From: Neoconidiobolus thromboides FSU 785
Taxonomy: Eukaryota > Fungi > Entomophthoromycota
Length of the DNA stretch: 64,000 nucleotides
Reading direction: 5' to 3'
NCBI GenBank assembly: GCA_025603075.1
Contig: MU626261.1
Span: 186,001-250,000, forward strand
Of this stretch, positions 53,291-64,000 are shown piece after piece (the stretch's first letter is position 1; each line of letters opens with the position of its first letter). Under the pieces are notes generated by a model that was given only the letters and a program-made list of their open reading frames with translations, did no database searches and was not told the DNA's origin. The translations under genes and the position numbers were made by a program.

Positions 53291-54533
53291 ATGGCATTTT
53301 CTTTTTTAAAAAATACAAAATCGTTTGTTCACTTGTCACCTATTCCGTTAAAAGCTAAAGAAGGTGAAGGATGTATATTAGGTGTTGATGAAGCTGGTAG
53401 AGGTCCTGTTTTAGGTAAATTGAAGTATAAGGTATTTATTTTTATTGATGAATTTTTAGGCCCAATGGTTTATTCAGCATGTTATCACATACCAGGCATG
53501 GAGGATGATTTTAAAGATTTAGGATTCGATGGTAAATAAAAATCAAATGTATGGAGAGTTGTTAACAAAGTAATTAGATTCTAAGGTGCTGAATGAAATT
53601 CAAAGAGAGAGCTTATTTGAGAAAATCAACCAGAATTCAGATAGAATAGGATATGCAATACACTCATTATCGCCCTCATATATATCAAGTTGTATGTTGG
53701 GGAAGTAATCGAACTTTCATAGTCTAATTTTAAGTATTGATTTTTTGTAGAGAAAAGTATAATTTGAATGCATTAGCACATGATACAACTATTAATTTAA
53801 TTAAAAGATTGCTTGAAGAAGGCGTAAAAATCAAAGAAGTAATCCTAATTTAAACTATTTTGTAAGTATTAAAATGATTAGATCTATGTTGATACAGTTG
53901 GAATACCAGAAAAATACGAAGCTAAACTCAATTCTCATTTTCCCTATATAAGAATCAAAGTGTCAAAAAAAGCTGATTCTTTATATCCTTCTGTTTCTGC
54001 TGCTAGTATATGTGCTAAAGTATAGTTTTTTATCTGTTAAGTATCGAAATTTTAAAATTTAAATTAGGTAACTAGAGATAGTGTTTTAAAAAATTGGGAT
54101 TTCAATGAGCTTGATGCTTTATCACTTAAACCATCAAGAGAATTTGGCTCTGGTTATACTTCAGGTATATTTTTCTTTTAATTTACATAGGCATGTTAAT
54201 TATCATAGACGTCAACACCGTAAATTGGCTTAACAATAATATAGATCCGCTTTTTGGCTGGCCATCTATTATACGTTTTAGTTGGAGCACTTGTGAGAGG
54301 CTTTTAGAAGATAAAGGCATTCAGGTTAGATGGTAATAACCAATAGTATAATTGTTCTATAAATTATATTGATTTTGAATAGGCCAGATACTAATACTAA
54401 AGGAACTAAAAGTATAAAACGAGCTTTTGTTGAGATGGCTAAGTTAAAAAAGGATTTAAATCAAAATAATCAAGATACAAAAGTTTCCCCATTTGCTAAA
54501 AGTATGACTATATCTTCCGTCGAGGACTTTTAA
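53291..54533 (+). CDS. RNH201: Ribonuclease H2 catalytic subunit A, multi-exon
   Basis: [84 protein letters not shown]. Confidence 0.94.
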
Positions 54534-55090
54534 GAGGTGTGATAGAGTTTGGGTTATGATTAACATTATTTCTGCAATCAAGGATATATTTATATAGATC
54601 ATAAAAGTTTTAATATGATATTTCTTCTGTTTTGATAAATTTATTTTTGAAGAGGTAGTGTATTTGATTTTCAGTAGCTAAAGTGTTTATTTAAAATTAT
54701 TTAAAGTTTATTGTGCTACTAATAAATTACAAAACTGTCTTTTTCAAACGGTAGTACAGAAATTTCAATATGTGAAGTTACTTTATAAATATTTATAAAT
54801 ATTTTTGAATTTTATATTGCTATTGATTTAAACAATTACTTGAAAAATTTGTACATATTTTGGTAGAAAAATATGATAGAAAATATGCCAAAAAACAAAA
54901 TCTTAATTTTGTAAATAACCGAATAGATCCTACGTTATCAATAGATAAGGTCTCCTATATCATTTAAATAGCTTAAGTAATTAATATCTCTGCAAAATCC
55001 CATTTGCATAATTTCATACTTAAGGGTGAAATAAATTTTGTAATTTAGCTTTTAGAATAAATTTATTTTTATAATTTTAAATAGCAAGAA

Positions 55091-56116
55091 ATGGCTACAA
55101 GGAAGCATGAGATAGATAATCATATGAAGCATTTATGGAGAGTAGGACATGCAGCTACTTCTATTTCACCAGGATTAGGTGGGTATTACATTAGCTTATT
55201 TCAAAAGATGGGTATCTATAATGAGAATCCAGTCACTGATTATTTGAAAAAACAATATTGTCAGGGATGTGGGACACCGATTTTGCCTGGAGTTACAAGT
55301 AATGTAAAAGTTATTAATAACAAAAAAAAGAAAGTGGTTGAGAAAAAGAATAAGGATAAATTGAACGAAAACGATGGAGACAAACTAAATGAAACCAATG
55401 AAGATAAACAGCTGAAAGTAAAAAAAGAAGTTAAAACAGAGTCAATATTTAAAAAAAGAGAGTACATATTTGACAACCCAACAAGTAGGAATTTGAAAAA
55501 ACAAAAAGAAAAACGAAAAAATGAAAAGAACAACACGAATTTAAGATATCCAAATAGTAACATTGTTTCTTACAAATGCTGTTTATGCCAAACAAATACA
55601 TTGATTCCTGGAAGTTCAAATAAATCAATCGAAAAGCATAGTAAAAAAGGAGGTGATAGCTCTTTGAACGAAGGCAATGCTATACACATCAATAAGAAAA
55701 GTAAGATAGTTGAAGTTGTTAATGATAATAAAGTAGCAATCAAAGAAGAAAGTATAGATACTACTAAGATAGAAGATGTAAGAAATAATGGAGCTAATAA
55801 TAAAAAAATAAGAACTAAAGTGGATAATCTAATTAAAAACAGTAAAATAGAAGGTAAAGGAAACAACAAATCTAACAATAATAATATAAAAAATAAAGAA
55901 GACAATAATGCTAATAATAATAAAGTAGAAAATAAGGGAAATGACAAAATAAAGAATAAAGGGTCTGGTTTGATGGTATCAACCAGAAAGAATAATAAGA
56001 AGCTGCCAGCAGCTAAATTAATGAACTTGTCTAAGATGCTTAAAAAGAGTAAAGAGGTTGAAGAAGATAAGAAGCCTTCATTTTCATTAGATCAATTCTT
56101 ATCAAATTTAAAATAA
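55091..56116 (+). CDS. Rpr2/Rpp21/Snm1-domain protein (RNase P/MRP subunit-like) with a long Lys/Asn-rich tail
   Basis: HLWRVGHAA...YLKKQYCQGCGTPILPGVT...IVSYKCCLCQTNT: two CxxC pairs with the typical K-x-x-C-x-x-C...PG context. Confidence 0.7.
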   Translation: MATRKHEIDNHMKHLWRVGHAATSISPGLGGYYISLFQKMGIYNENPVTDYLKKQYCQGCGTPILPGVTSNVKVINNKKKKVVEKKNKDKLNENDGDKLNETNEDKQLKVKKEVKTESIFKKREYIFDNPTSRNLKKQKEKRKNEKNNTNLRYPNSNIVSYKCCLCQTNTLIPGSSNKSIEKHSKKGGDSSLNEGNAIHINKKSKIVEVVNDNKVAIKEESIDTTKIEDVRNNGANNKKIRTKVDNLIKNSKIEGKGNNKSNNNNIKNKEDNNANNNKVENKGNDKIKNKGSGLMVSTRKNNKKLPAAKLMNLSKMLKKSKEVEEDKKPSFSLDQFLSNLK

Positions 56117-56419
56117 TTTTTATTAAAGATGAAATAGATGTTTATAATACTGCAATATGATGTTTTTATTAATTTTTTAATTTGATTCTTGACTTGTATT
56201 TTTTAAAATTGTGACACCAACCTTAAAAATATAGATGGTATTATAATAGTAAAAATATTTAGTGTTAAATTTTATAATGAATAACATAAATCCAAAGCTG
56301 ACTATAAAGCAAACAAAAATAAATGTTTTTCAAACTTTGGACTTTAAAAGCTTATATAAGTACAAATATTTTCTACTTTTTTATTCCTTAATGTAAGGAC
56401 AGTTTAAATAACTTCAAGT

Positions 56420-57220
56420 TCAAAGATAGTAACTCCGAAATGTTTCATTAATAAGCATAAAGAATCCAACGAATAATATAGGAGCTAAAAAGCAACCTAA
56501 AGAGACAGAGAGGATTAGTCTTTTTATTTTCTCTTTTAAGTTGAAAATTTTAAAAATGGATTATTTTATTTCTTAGAGATTAAAACCGAAAAAGTCAAAC
56601 CTTGGGTTTAAATTAATTCACACTAATTAGAAGAGTTTCTTTATAGTTTGTTACTATTGTTTTGACACAAGATAACTTAAACAATTTAGAAATAAAACAA
56701 ACTTAAATAACATAAAAAATAAATTTGTAAACAATAATAAGAGACGTTTAGTATACATTTTCACCGAATTTTTCTTATTAATTACTATACTTCATTTTCA
56801 CTTTAATTATACTTCAAACTATTTAAGTTCCAAAGTAGTATTTAAGTAGTATTTAGCCATTGTATTGTTCTACTAATTACTAATAAAACCCAAAGCTTTA
56901 AACATAATGTTACTTTTTAACCCATGTTAAGAGAATTGGAAATAAAAAATAAGCCACATCAACAACTCCTTTCATTTGAACCAATAATTGACACCAGAAT
57001 AAAAATTAACTAATAAAAGTAATCATTTTAACTTTTGAAAATGCTATATGCCTTTAGTACTAGTAATTTAGTAACCAATGGTACGTATTATAAATTAAAC
57101 AAACACCAATAACTACTTAGTTTAAAAGAAATTCCTACTTTAAAACATAAGAACTAAAAAGCACCAATGAATCTAAAAGGATAATAATTCAATAGAAACA
57201 CTATAAATTACGTTTTATAA
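56420..57220 (-). pseudogene. Possible decayed multi-TM (class-A-like GPCR) pseudogene
   Basis: Minus-strand hydrophobic fragments separated by stops, ending LSVSLGCFLAPILFVGFFMLINETFRSYYL*, which resembles a TM7-helix 8 segment. The signal is weak. Confidence 0.3.
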
Positions 57221-57273
57221 AAATTTTTAACAGAAAAACTTTTATTTTAAAATAAGAAAAGCTTTAATATAAA

Positions 57274-58935
57274 ATGGTAAAATAAACAATTACTTCCTAT
57301 AATTTAAATGTTCAACAGTTGACTAGGATGAGCAATACGATGTCATTATTCTTGGTACCGGTTTAACCGAGTGTGTTTTATCTGGTATCCTTTCCGTTGA
57401 AGGAAAGAAAGTTTTACACATGGACCGTAATGACTATTATGGTGCTGAGAGTGCTAGTTTAAATTTAACTCAAGTAAATAATATTAAATAATATACTTGC
57501 TTATATTTATAATGTAATAGATCTACAAAAAATTCAAGAATTCCGAACCACCAGCAGAACTTGGCCGTGACCGCGATTATTCTATTGATTTAATCCCTAA
57601 ATTCATGATGGCTAACGGTCAACTTACCCAAATCCTTCTTCATACTGACGTTACTCGTTATCTTGAATTTAAACAAATTTCTGGCTCTTATGTATATCGT
57701 GATGGTAGAATCTCTAAAGTTCCAGCCACTGAAATGGAAGCTTTATCTTCTCCCCTCATGGGACTCTTTGAAAAGAGACGCGCTAAAAAATTCTTTGAAT
57801 TTATTCAAAATTATAATGCACAAGACTCAACTACCCATCAAGGTAGTTTGATTTACTTATAAATTTTTATCCGATCTAATCTTTCCTAGGTTTAAACCTT
57901 CATACCGATAATATGTCCGAAGTATATAAGAAATTCGGTCTTGAGCCTGGTACACAGGATTTCATTGGTCATGCTCTTGCTCTTCAGCTTGACGATGAGT
58001 AATTTATTTATACCTGTTTTATGTCTGGTTTACTTATGAATTTTAGCTATTTAACTAAACCAGCTTTTGAAACTTATGAAAAGATCATGCTTTATGTTTC
58101 CTCTATGGCAAGATATGGTAAAAGTCCATATATTTATCCTCTTTATGGCCTTGGTGAACTTCCTCAAGGTTTTGCTAGGTACATCAATCATTTATTAACT
58201 GTTAAGCGTATATTAATGTATATCATTTAGATTAAGTGCTATTTATGGAGGTACTTATATGCTTGATAAAAAAGTTGATGAGATTGTAATTGAAAATGGT
58301 AAATTTGCCGGCGTTCGTTCTGGTGATGAGGTATTACAGTTGTGATTATGCTAATAACTAAGATATTAACCTGTTTATATAGGTTGCTCGTGCTAAGCAA
58401 GTTATTGGTGATCCATCTTACTTCTCTGATAAAGTTAAGAAGGTAGGGCAAGTTGTTCGTTCAATCTGTCTCTTAAAGGCCCCTATTCCAAACACTGATA
58501 ATGCTGATTCCGTGCAACTTATTATCCCACAAAACCAAGTTAGCCGTAAACAAGACATTTATATTGCTTGTGTGTCTTCAGCTCATAACATTTGTGCTAA
58601 GGATTATTACCTTGCCATTGTATCCACCATTGTTGAAACTGATAATCCTCATGAGGAATTAGAACCAGCCTATAAACTTTTGGGTCCAATTCATGAAAAG
58701 TAATTTAAATTTAATCTTGTATCCTATTGAAGCTAATAATTTTAGATTCACTTATGTAAGTGATTTATTAGAACCAGAGAATGATGGTACTGTTGAACAG
58801 ATTTTTATTTCTAAATCTTATGATGCTACTTCACACTTTGGCACCGTTTGTGATGATATTAAAGACATATATAAAAGAGTTACTGGTCAAGAACTTGTTT
58901 TAAAACCACGTCCTCGTTCTGAAGAAGAATTATAA
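57274..58935 (+). CDS. GDI1: Rab GDP-dissociation inhibitor, multi-exon (exon 1 is ATG only)
   Basis: M|[20 protein letters not shown]...[55 protein letters not shown]. Confidence 0.96.
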
Positions 58936-59019
58936 CCTGTTTTTTGTACTCATTATTAAAGGATTAAAGCTTAATTTTCAAATTTAATTATTGCTTATCT
59001 GATGTTCTCATTTTATTTA

Positions 59020-59122
59020 TATGAGGATGGTTTTTTGATTTCATTACTTTTTGCATCTTCTAAGCGCTATTTGAGCGGAAAGGTTGTTAGTAAAATTCTT
59101 AATACAGAAATACATCCCCATA
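59020..59122 (-). mobile_element. MITE family 1, copy 18 (85 nt after the GDI1 stop)
   Basis: TA-TGAGGATGGTTTTTT...AAATACATCCCCA-TA. Confidence 0.9.
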
Positions 59123-59663
59123 TCTTAAATAGTAGTTTATATAAAATATAATTAGATCAAGCGTCATATGTTATGAAATAAGTCGAAATAGTTTATGAAA
59201 ATAAATAAATGAAATTAAGATTGAAGTAGATAACTTTAGTATTTAGCTGATATTATCATAATTAAAAAATACAAAACGGATCTTGTGTTTATAAAAATTA
59301 AGATTAGAACAATATGAAGGAATTTATACATACAACATCTTTATTATTGTTTAAATATCTTTAAATGTGATATTAAACAAACATATGATTTGTAGGTATG
59401 ATAAAACCTATTGCAGTTGTTTATGTTCAATTTGTAAATAAAATCAACCTAAATCCTTATATCAACTGTTCCTTTTAAAAATACCACTTTTAATATAAAA
59501 TACTTTTAAACTCAACGACCAAGATTTACTAGTACTAATTTATTTTTTAAAACTGAAAAATAAAACATATTAAAGTATTATCTTATAAAAAATAAAAAGG
59601 ATGGTAGACTAGTTGATAAAATTTATAATAGTTAAAGAAATAGCTCGTATCTCAAGTTATTAT

Positions 59664-60026
59664 TTAAGCACCACCGCTAAAAAAATATTAATCAAATAAA
59701 TCTCGCTAAAATTAAAACAAAACTTACACAATGATGTTATTGATAGGAATATGAACAAGCTAATAATAATTTAATAAATGACGAATACAAAAATAAACTT
59801 TACAACTTACTTTGACAAAATAGCCGATGAAACCCATAATAAAGAACCCAACAGCTACAGCTTGGGAAATTTGAATAAATTCTAGTTTCAAGTTTTAACT
59901 ATTTAAATAAATAAATTTCAATAAATATATACCTCTACGAGAAGGCTTAGCACAACGGTCAAGTAGTTCAATACTTTCTTTTACGAAATGTTTTGGAGCT
60001 TCAGTTAAATCGTTTACTTTCTCCAT
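59664..60026 (-). CDS. SSS1: Sec61 gamma subunit, 4 exons (not in the ORF track)
   Basis: MEKVNDLTEAPKHFVKESIELLDRCAKPSRR|EFIQISQAVAVGFFIMGFIGYFVK|LVHIPINNIIV|GGA*. Confidence 0.93.
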
Positions 60027-60510
60027 TTTTTTATAAAAAGAATAAAATGTTTAAGTATTTTTTTTTTGTTTTAAAGCTTTTTTTTTAAATTTGTTTTTCT
60101 TCCCAATCATTTTTATCTACGTTCCTTTTTGATTTTAACCAATTATTTGTTAACATTAAATTTAAAAATTTAAAAATCTTACACCAAGTTTGGAGTTTTA
60201 GTTAACTATGAATTGTCAAATTCATTTTATTATTCATTTTGATATTTAGCATTTTGACCTTAAATAGCTTTATGTATTGTGCAATGTGTGAATGACAAAA
60301 TGCAACTATGAGAATTTCAACATAATTATAGTTTATTAATAATGTACTATATGACCAAGGTGTTAAAAATATAAAGTTTGATGCAAATCATATTTATATC
60401 AAAGATATCGTAATAGAACTACTATTAGATCCTTAAACGAGAAAATCCATTCACAATAAACTCGACTTTGTTGCATCAGAAACTAAAAAATATAAAGATG
60501 AAAAACATTA

Positions 60511-60606
60511 TATAAGGATCATTTTTAAAAATTTTACTAACAATTATTCTATTCAAATAGCGCTTGAAAAATGGAGAAAGTGACTAAATAAAAAAACACC
60601 CTCATA
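60511..60606 (+). mobile_element. MITE family 1, copy 19
   Basis: Core AATTTTACTAACAA...CAAATAGCGCTTGAAAAATGGAG...AAAAAACACCCTCA-TA. Confidence 0.8.
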
Positions 60607-60918
60607 TAACCTATTTTACAGTCTGAATATATATGTTCAATTTATTCTTCGTAAATTTCAAGCGTATTGAGATAATTGTAGTCATTATATAATTTATACT
60701 TATAATAAAAATTAATCTGGTTATCGAATTTTAATTAGTAGTTTTCAGTTTTAGTCATCATTACTTTTTAAAAAGTTGAAACTTAATTAAATCATTTTAA
60801 CTATTTTGCACGTAAAATAATGTACCGAATAAACCACAAAGAAAGCTTTGATATTAACTTATTTAATTCAAAAAAAATCTATAAAACCAAAGCTATTTTT
60901 CAATAATGATAAGAATTA

Positions 60919-62227
60919 CTAATAGTTAATCATGGCTGTTTTTTCTAAAGCTTCATAAGCAACAGATTGTGCAAATGAAGTTATTAACAATTCTTTTGTA
61001 TCATATTGTAATGAAGCCTCATAAGCAAAATTTACAGAAGTCTCAGACACAGGTACAGAGGAGATACTTAAAGCTCTAATACAATTTGCAACTCTAGCAA
61101 TTGTTTCTCTTTCAGTATCTGTTATATCCTAATTTTGTATTATAGATTTGTTAGCTACTGATTAGCATCTTATTACCTCATTTTTTGAAGAGAATATATT
61201 ATCTTCAGATATTTCTTCAATCTCGTCCGTGATATATTTACTAACCCAAATATAACCATTTAATCCGAATATTACATTAACACCACATGATAATAACGCA
61301 AAATGAGATCTTGAACGTTGAACTAATAAAGGTGGTATTTGTACTAAACAACCATTTCTAAGCTATTAAAATAGTATTAATAAATAAGCATAAAACAAAA
61401 TAAACTTACTTTTCCATATTTAATACTACGGGTATGTAGTGAAATAGCATCACCATAAAAAGCATGAACTTCAGCCTAGAATCACATTTTAATACTAACA
61501 TTTTAAAAATAATCTCATTATTTAATCAAATAAAATGCATTCAGTCTCTATACTCTCTTCAACCTTTTTGAAAAATAAAAATACTTACAACCAATAAATC
61601 TCCTTCGCTTAATAATTGTCTCATTTTAAGTTCATCAGATTCAGATTTTCTTCTCTTAAATAAAATTAAATAATTACCACTAAACATTAAAACAAAATAC
61701 CTGAACACCACCGGGCAAGATAACTGAAGAAAGTAACAAAATACCATCTTGTCTAGAATTGACATCTACTTTCCAGCGTTTTTGGGAGACCTAGATTTGT
61801 TTAGTCCTAACCTAAATTGACTATCTGTGTTGTTACCTCTGTTATTCTTGCCACCACTACATCTCCTATCTCTCCTGAATATCTATTTTATTAATTTTTG
61901 TCAATATTCGATTTAATTTCCTTACCTCGCCCTCAATGAAGTAGCAGTTATAAGTTTATTTAATACTCCAACAGTGCCTGCTACCGAGGATCTAATACAA
62001 TCTCCATCTTTATAGGTACCAAAACCCCTTTAAATTGACATTTAGTTGAAATCATTACTTTTAAACTAAAACTACCTCATAAAAGTTAAGTCTGTAGTAA
62101 TAACATCACCAGGAGTGACCACCTTACCATCTAAAATTTTCTTATCGGTGTTCTCTTTCTTTACTATTTCATCTTCTAAACTTATTTGCTTTGGTATATT
62201 TTCTGGACTTAAGAATTTCAATGTCAT
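60919..62227 (-). CDS. RRP4: Exosome subunit Rrp4, multi-exon
   Basis: VVTPGDVITTDLTFMRGFGTY, GDVVVARITEV, GGVQVFCFNVSGNYLILFKRRKSESDELKMRQLLSEGDLLV (read across introns), LHTRSIKYGKLRNG, ILFGLNGYIWVSK. Confidence 0.9.
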
Positions 62228-62700
62228 GTTTAATTTGAGTTGAAAATAATAAAAAAGGAAATACTTTTTTAACAGTAAATTTAAAAAAGTTTCAATAATA
62301 AGATGATGTCCAATCAATTAATTTTATTAAGAAAATAAAAAGAATTCTGTAGTATTTTAATACTTCGTTTTATTATACAAGATAACAAAGAGTTTTATAA
62401 AAAATGATATAGTCATTAAACAAGCTTTTGAAGAGAATAATTTTCTTTTATAACTACATAGAACAAAAATATACCTTAAATCAAAATCAAAATAGATTGT
62501 TGAACTTTGTTAAATAGCAGTTGGTGCTTTATACTGTTCATTTTTTCAAGATAGTAAAAGTTGAACATTTCATTGGTTTAAATGATGGTCGCTTTGATAT
62601 ATTTTTAATTCCAATGCACAATTTAAAAATTGCATAAACAAAATTGAACTTAAGTGGAAAGGAGGAAAAAAAGGGGATCATTTTTAACAGTTAAATAAAC

Positions 62701-64000
62701 ATGGGAAGTGAGGATGATAAAGTTAAAAGAACAGCAACTCAAGGCGGCAATAATGAGGTGATGTCAAATAAGCAATTTATGACTTCTTGTTCGATTAAAA
62801 TACCTTGCACTAAGAAGTCGAAGGAATATCCATTAGCTAATAAAAAAACTCCTAAACATTTAACTCAATTTAATGCTCAATTTGAGGATGGGGATTATCA
62901 ATTCACTGAATCAACTGAAAAAGGTACTTCAGGTTACAATTACTGCCTTAACGGAACTAAGGTAATTATTCCCTTATTTATAATTATACTTTACTAATTT
63001 ATTTTAGATGATCCCAAATTATAAAAAACGTATTGCTGAAGATTGCTTTTCAGCCAAAAGCTTTGAGTTATTTAATAACAATATACCATTTAAGAAATTA
63101 TGCTCTAATATTAATTTGGAAGTAGATTTTGTCAATCATGAAAATGAAATTCAAGCTGATACACTCGAAAACCTTGAACCAAATACTATATCAAGTTTTT
63201 CATTAAATGAAGAAGGATGTAGCGATGTTTTTGCTCCACCCTCTCCCTCTTTATCTATTTTGTCTAATCAAGAAAATAGCAAACCAGGTCCAACCGAAAC
63301 ACAAACAGACCCTGATTTTTTTGATTTATTTCCAAAAATCATCAATCAATTTGATGAACTATCACCGAAGCTTCAAATTTACTTTGTAAATCACTTATTA
63401 AGACGTATGAATCGCAAATCACTACAAGCTATTGCTTCACACTTGTTACCGAATTTGAAACAAGACTTTATAACCATATTTCCTCCAGAAATACTAACAA
63501 ATATATTTGGAAAACTGGATGCAAAATCTCTATGTAGTTCCTCTCAAGTAAGCAAAAGATGGAGCAATATCATTAAGAATGATGTGGCTTTATGGAAGAG
63601 AAGAGTTCAATCAGATGCTTTAGCTATTGAACCAGAACCAGTTTCACCTAGAGTATTAAATAAATGGGGACTTGGATATCAATCAGAATATGATCTACTT
63701 AACGAAGAGGAATATGTTTTAACCAAACTTGAGGTGAAAAGATTGATAACTAAGCATTCAAGGATAACACCGTTTTATAAAGAATTTGAGAGCAATAAAC
63801 CATGGATGTCACTTTATAAAGAACGCTATTCAACCATTAAAAACTGGAACAATGGCAAACCAGAGCATATTAGAATTCAAATAGAAAAAGTCCAAGTAAT
63901 AACTTGTCTTCAGTTTGATGAACATAAACTTGTAATAGGCTCCGAAACTTCCCCAGTTTTGGTCTATGATATTAATAGTGGGGATCTTTTACATGAACTT
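62701..64000 (+). CDS. CDC4: Cdc4/Fbw7-like F-box WD40 protein, truncated by the window end
   Basis: Dimerisation-domain-like segment, F-box DFITIFPPEILTNIFGKLDAKSL...VSKRW, then YKERYSTIKNWNNG and first WD40 VITCLQFD. Confidence 0.8.

Noticed and set aside
17482-60606. MITE copies as a CRISPR-like or regularly spaced array
   Set aside because: Spacing is irregular, both orientations occur, and the units have TIRs and a TA TSD. The context is eukaryotic with no cas genes.
48523-62227. Apparent cluster of ribonuclease genes (RNase H-like ORF, RNH201, Rpr2/Snm1-like, RRP4)
   Set aside because: They belong to unrelated complexes and are interleaved with YIF1, GDI1 and SSS1. I see no shared motif, so chance is the most likely explanation without synteny data.

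Overview
Strongly AT-rich eukaryotic DNA with many short (~40-60 nt) GT-AG introns. This fits an early-diverging fungus; an Entomophthoromycotina/Conidiobolus-like organism is my inference, not something I can establish. The window holds about 24 apparently intact protein genes. Most are spliced housekeeping genes: CK2 alpha, LHS1, a SUT1-like permease, ISWI, a FUSC/ArAE membrane protein, a peroxisomal 4CL-like ligase, KRI1, ELC1, YIF1, RNH201, a Rpr2/Snm1-domain protein, GDI1, SSS1, RRP4 and CDC4. There is also one tRNA-Cys(GCA). On top of this sits an accessory layer. (i) 19 copies of a ~100-bp MITE with TGGGGATG..CATCCCCA ends and a TA target duplication, all between 17.5 and 60.6 kb. (ii) A 445-bp solo-LTR-like element (TG..CA, 4-bp TSD) nested inside one MITE. 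(iii) A second near-perfect hairpin element. (iv) Five members of an intronless signal peptide-Kelch-TM receptor-like family (2 intact, 3 pseudogenes). (v) A stand-alone intronless ORF with an active-site-complete RNase H, apparently preceded by a second, degenerate RNase H fold. (vi) A membrane-anchored, probably mitochondrial, LEA3-type 11-mer repeat protein. Spliced gene coordinates were read by eye and give start and stop only. No database search was run.
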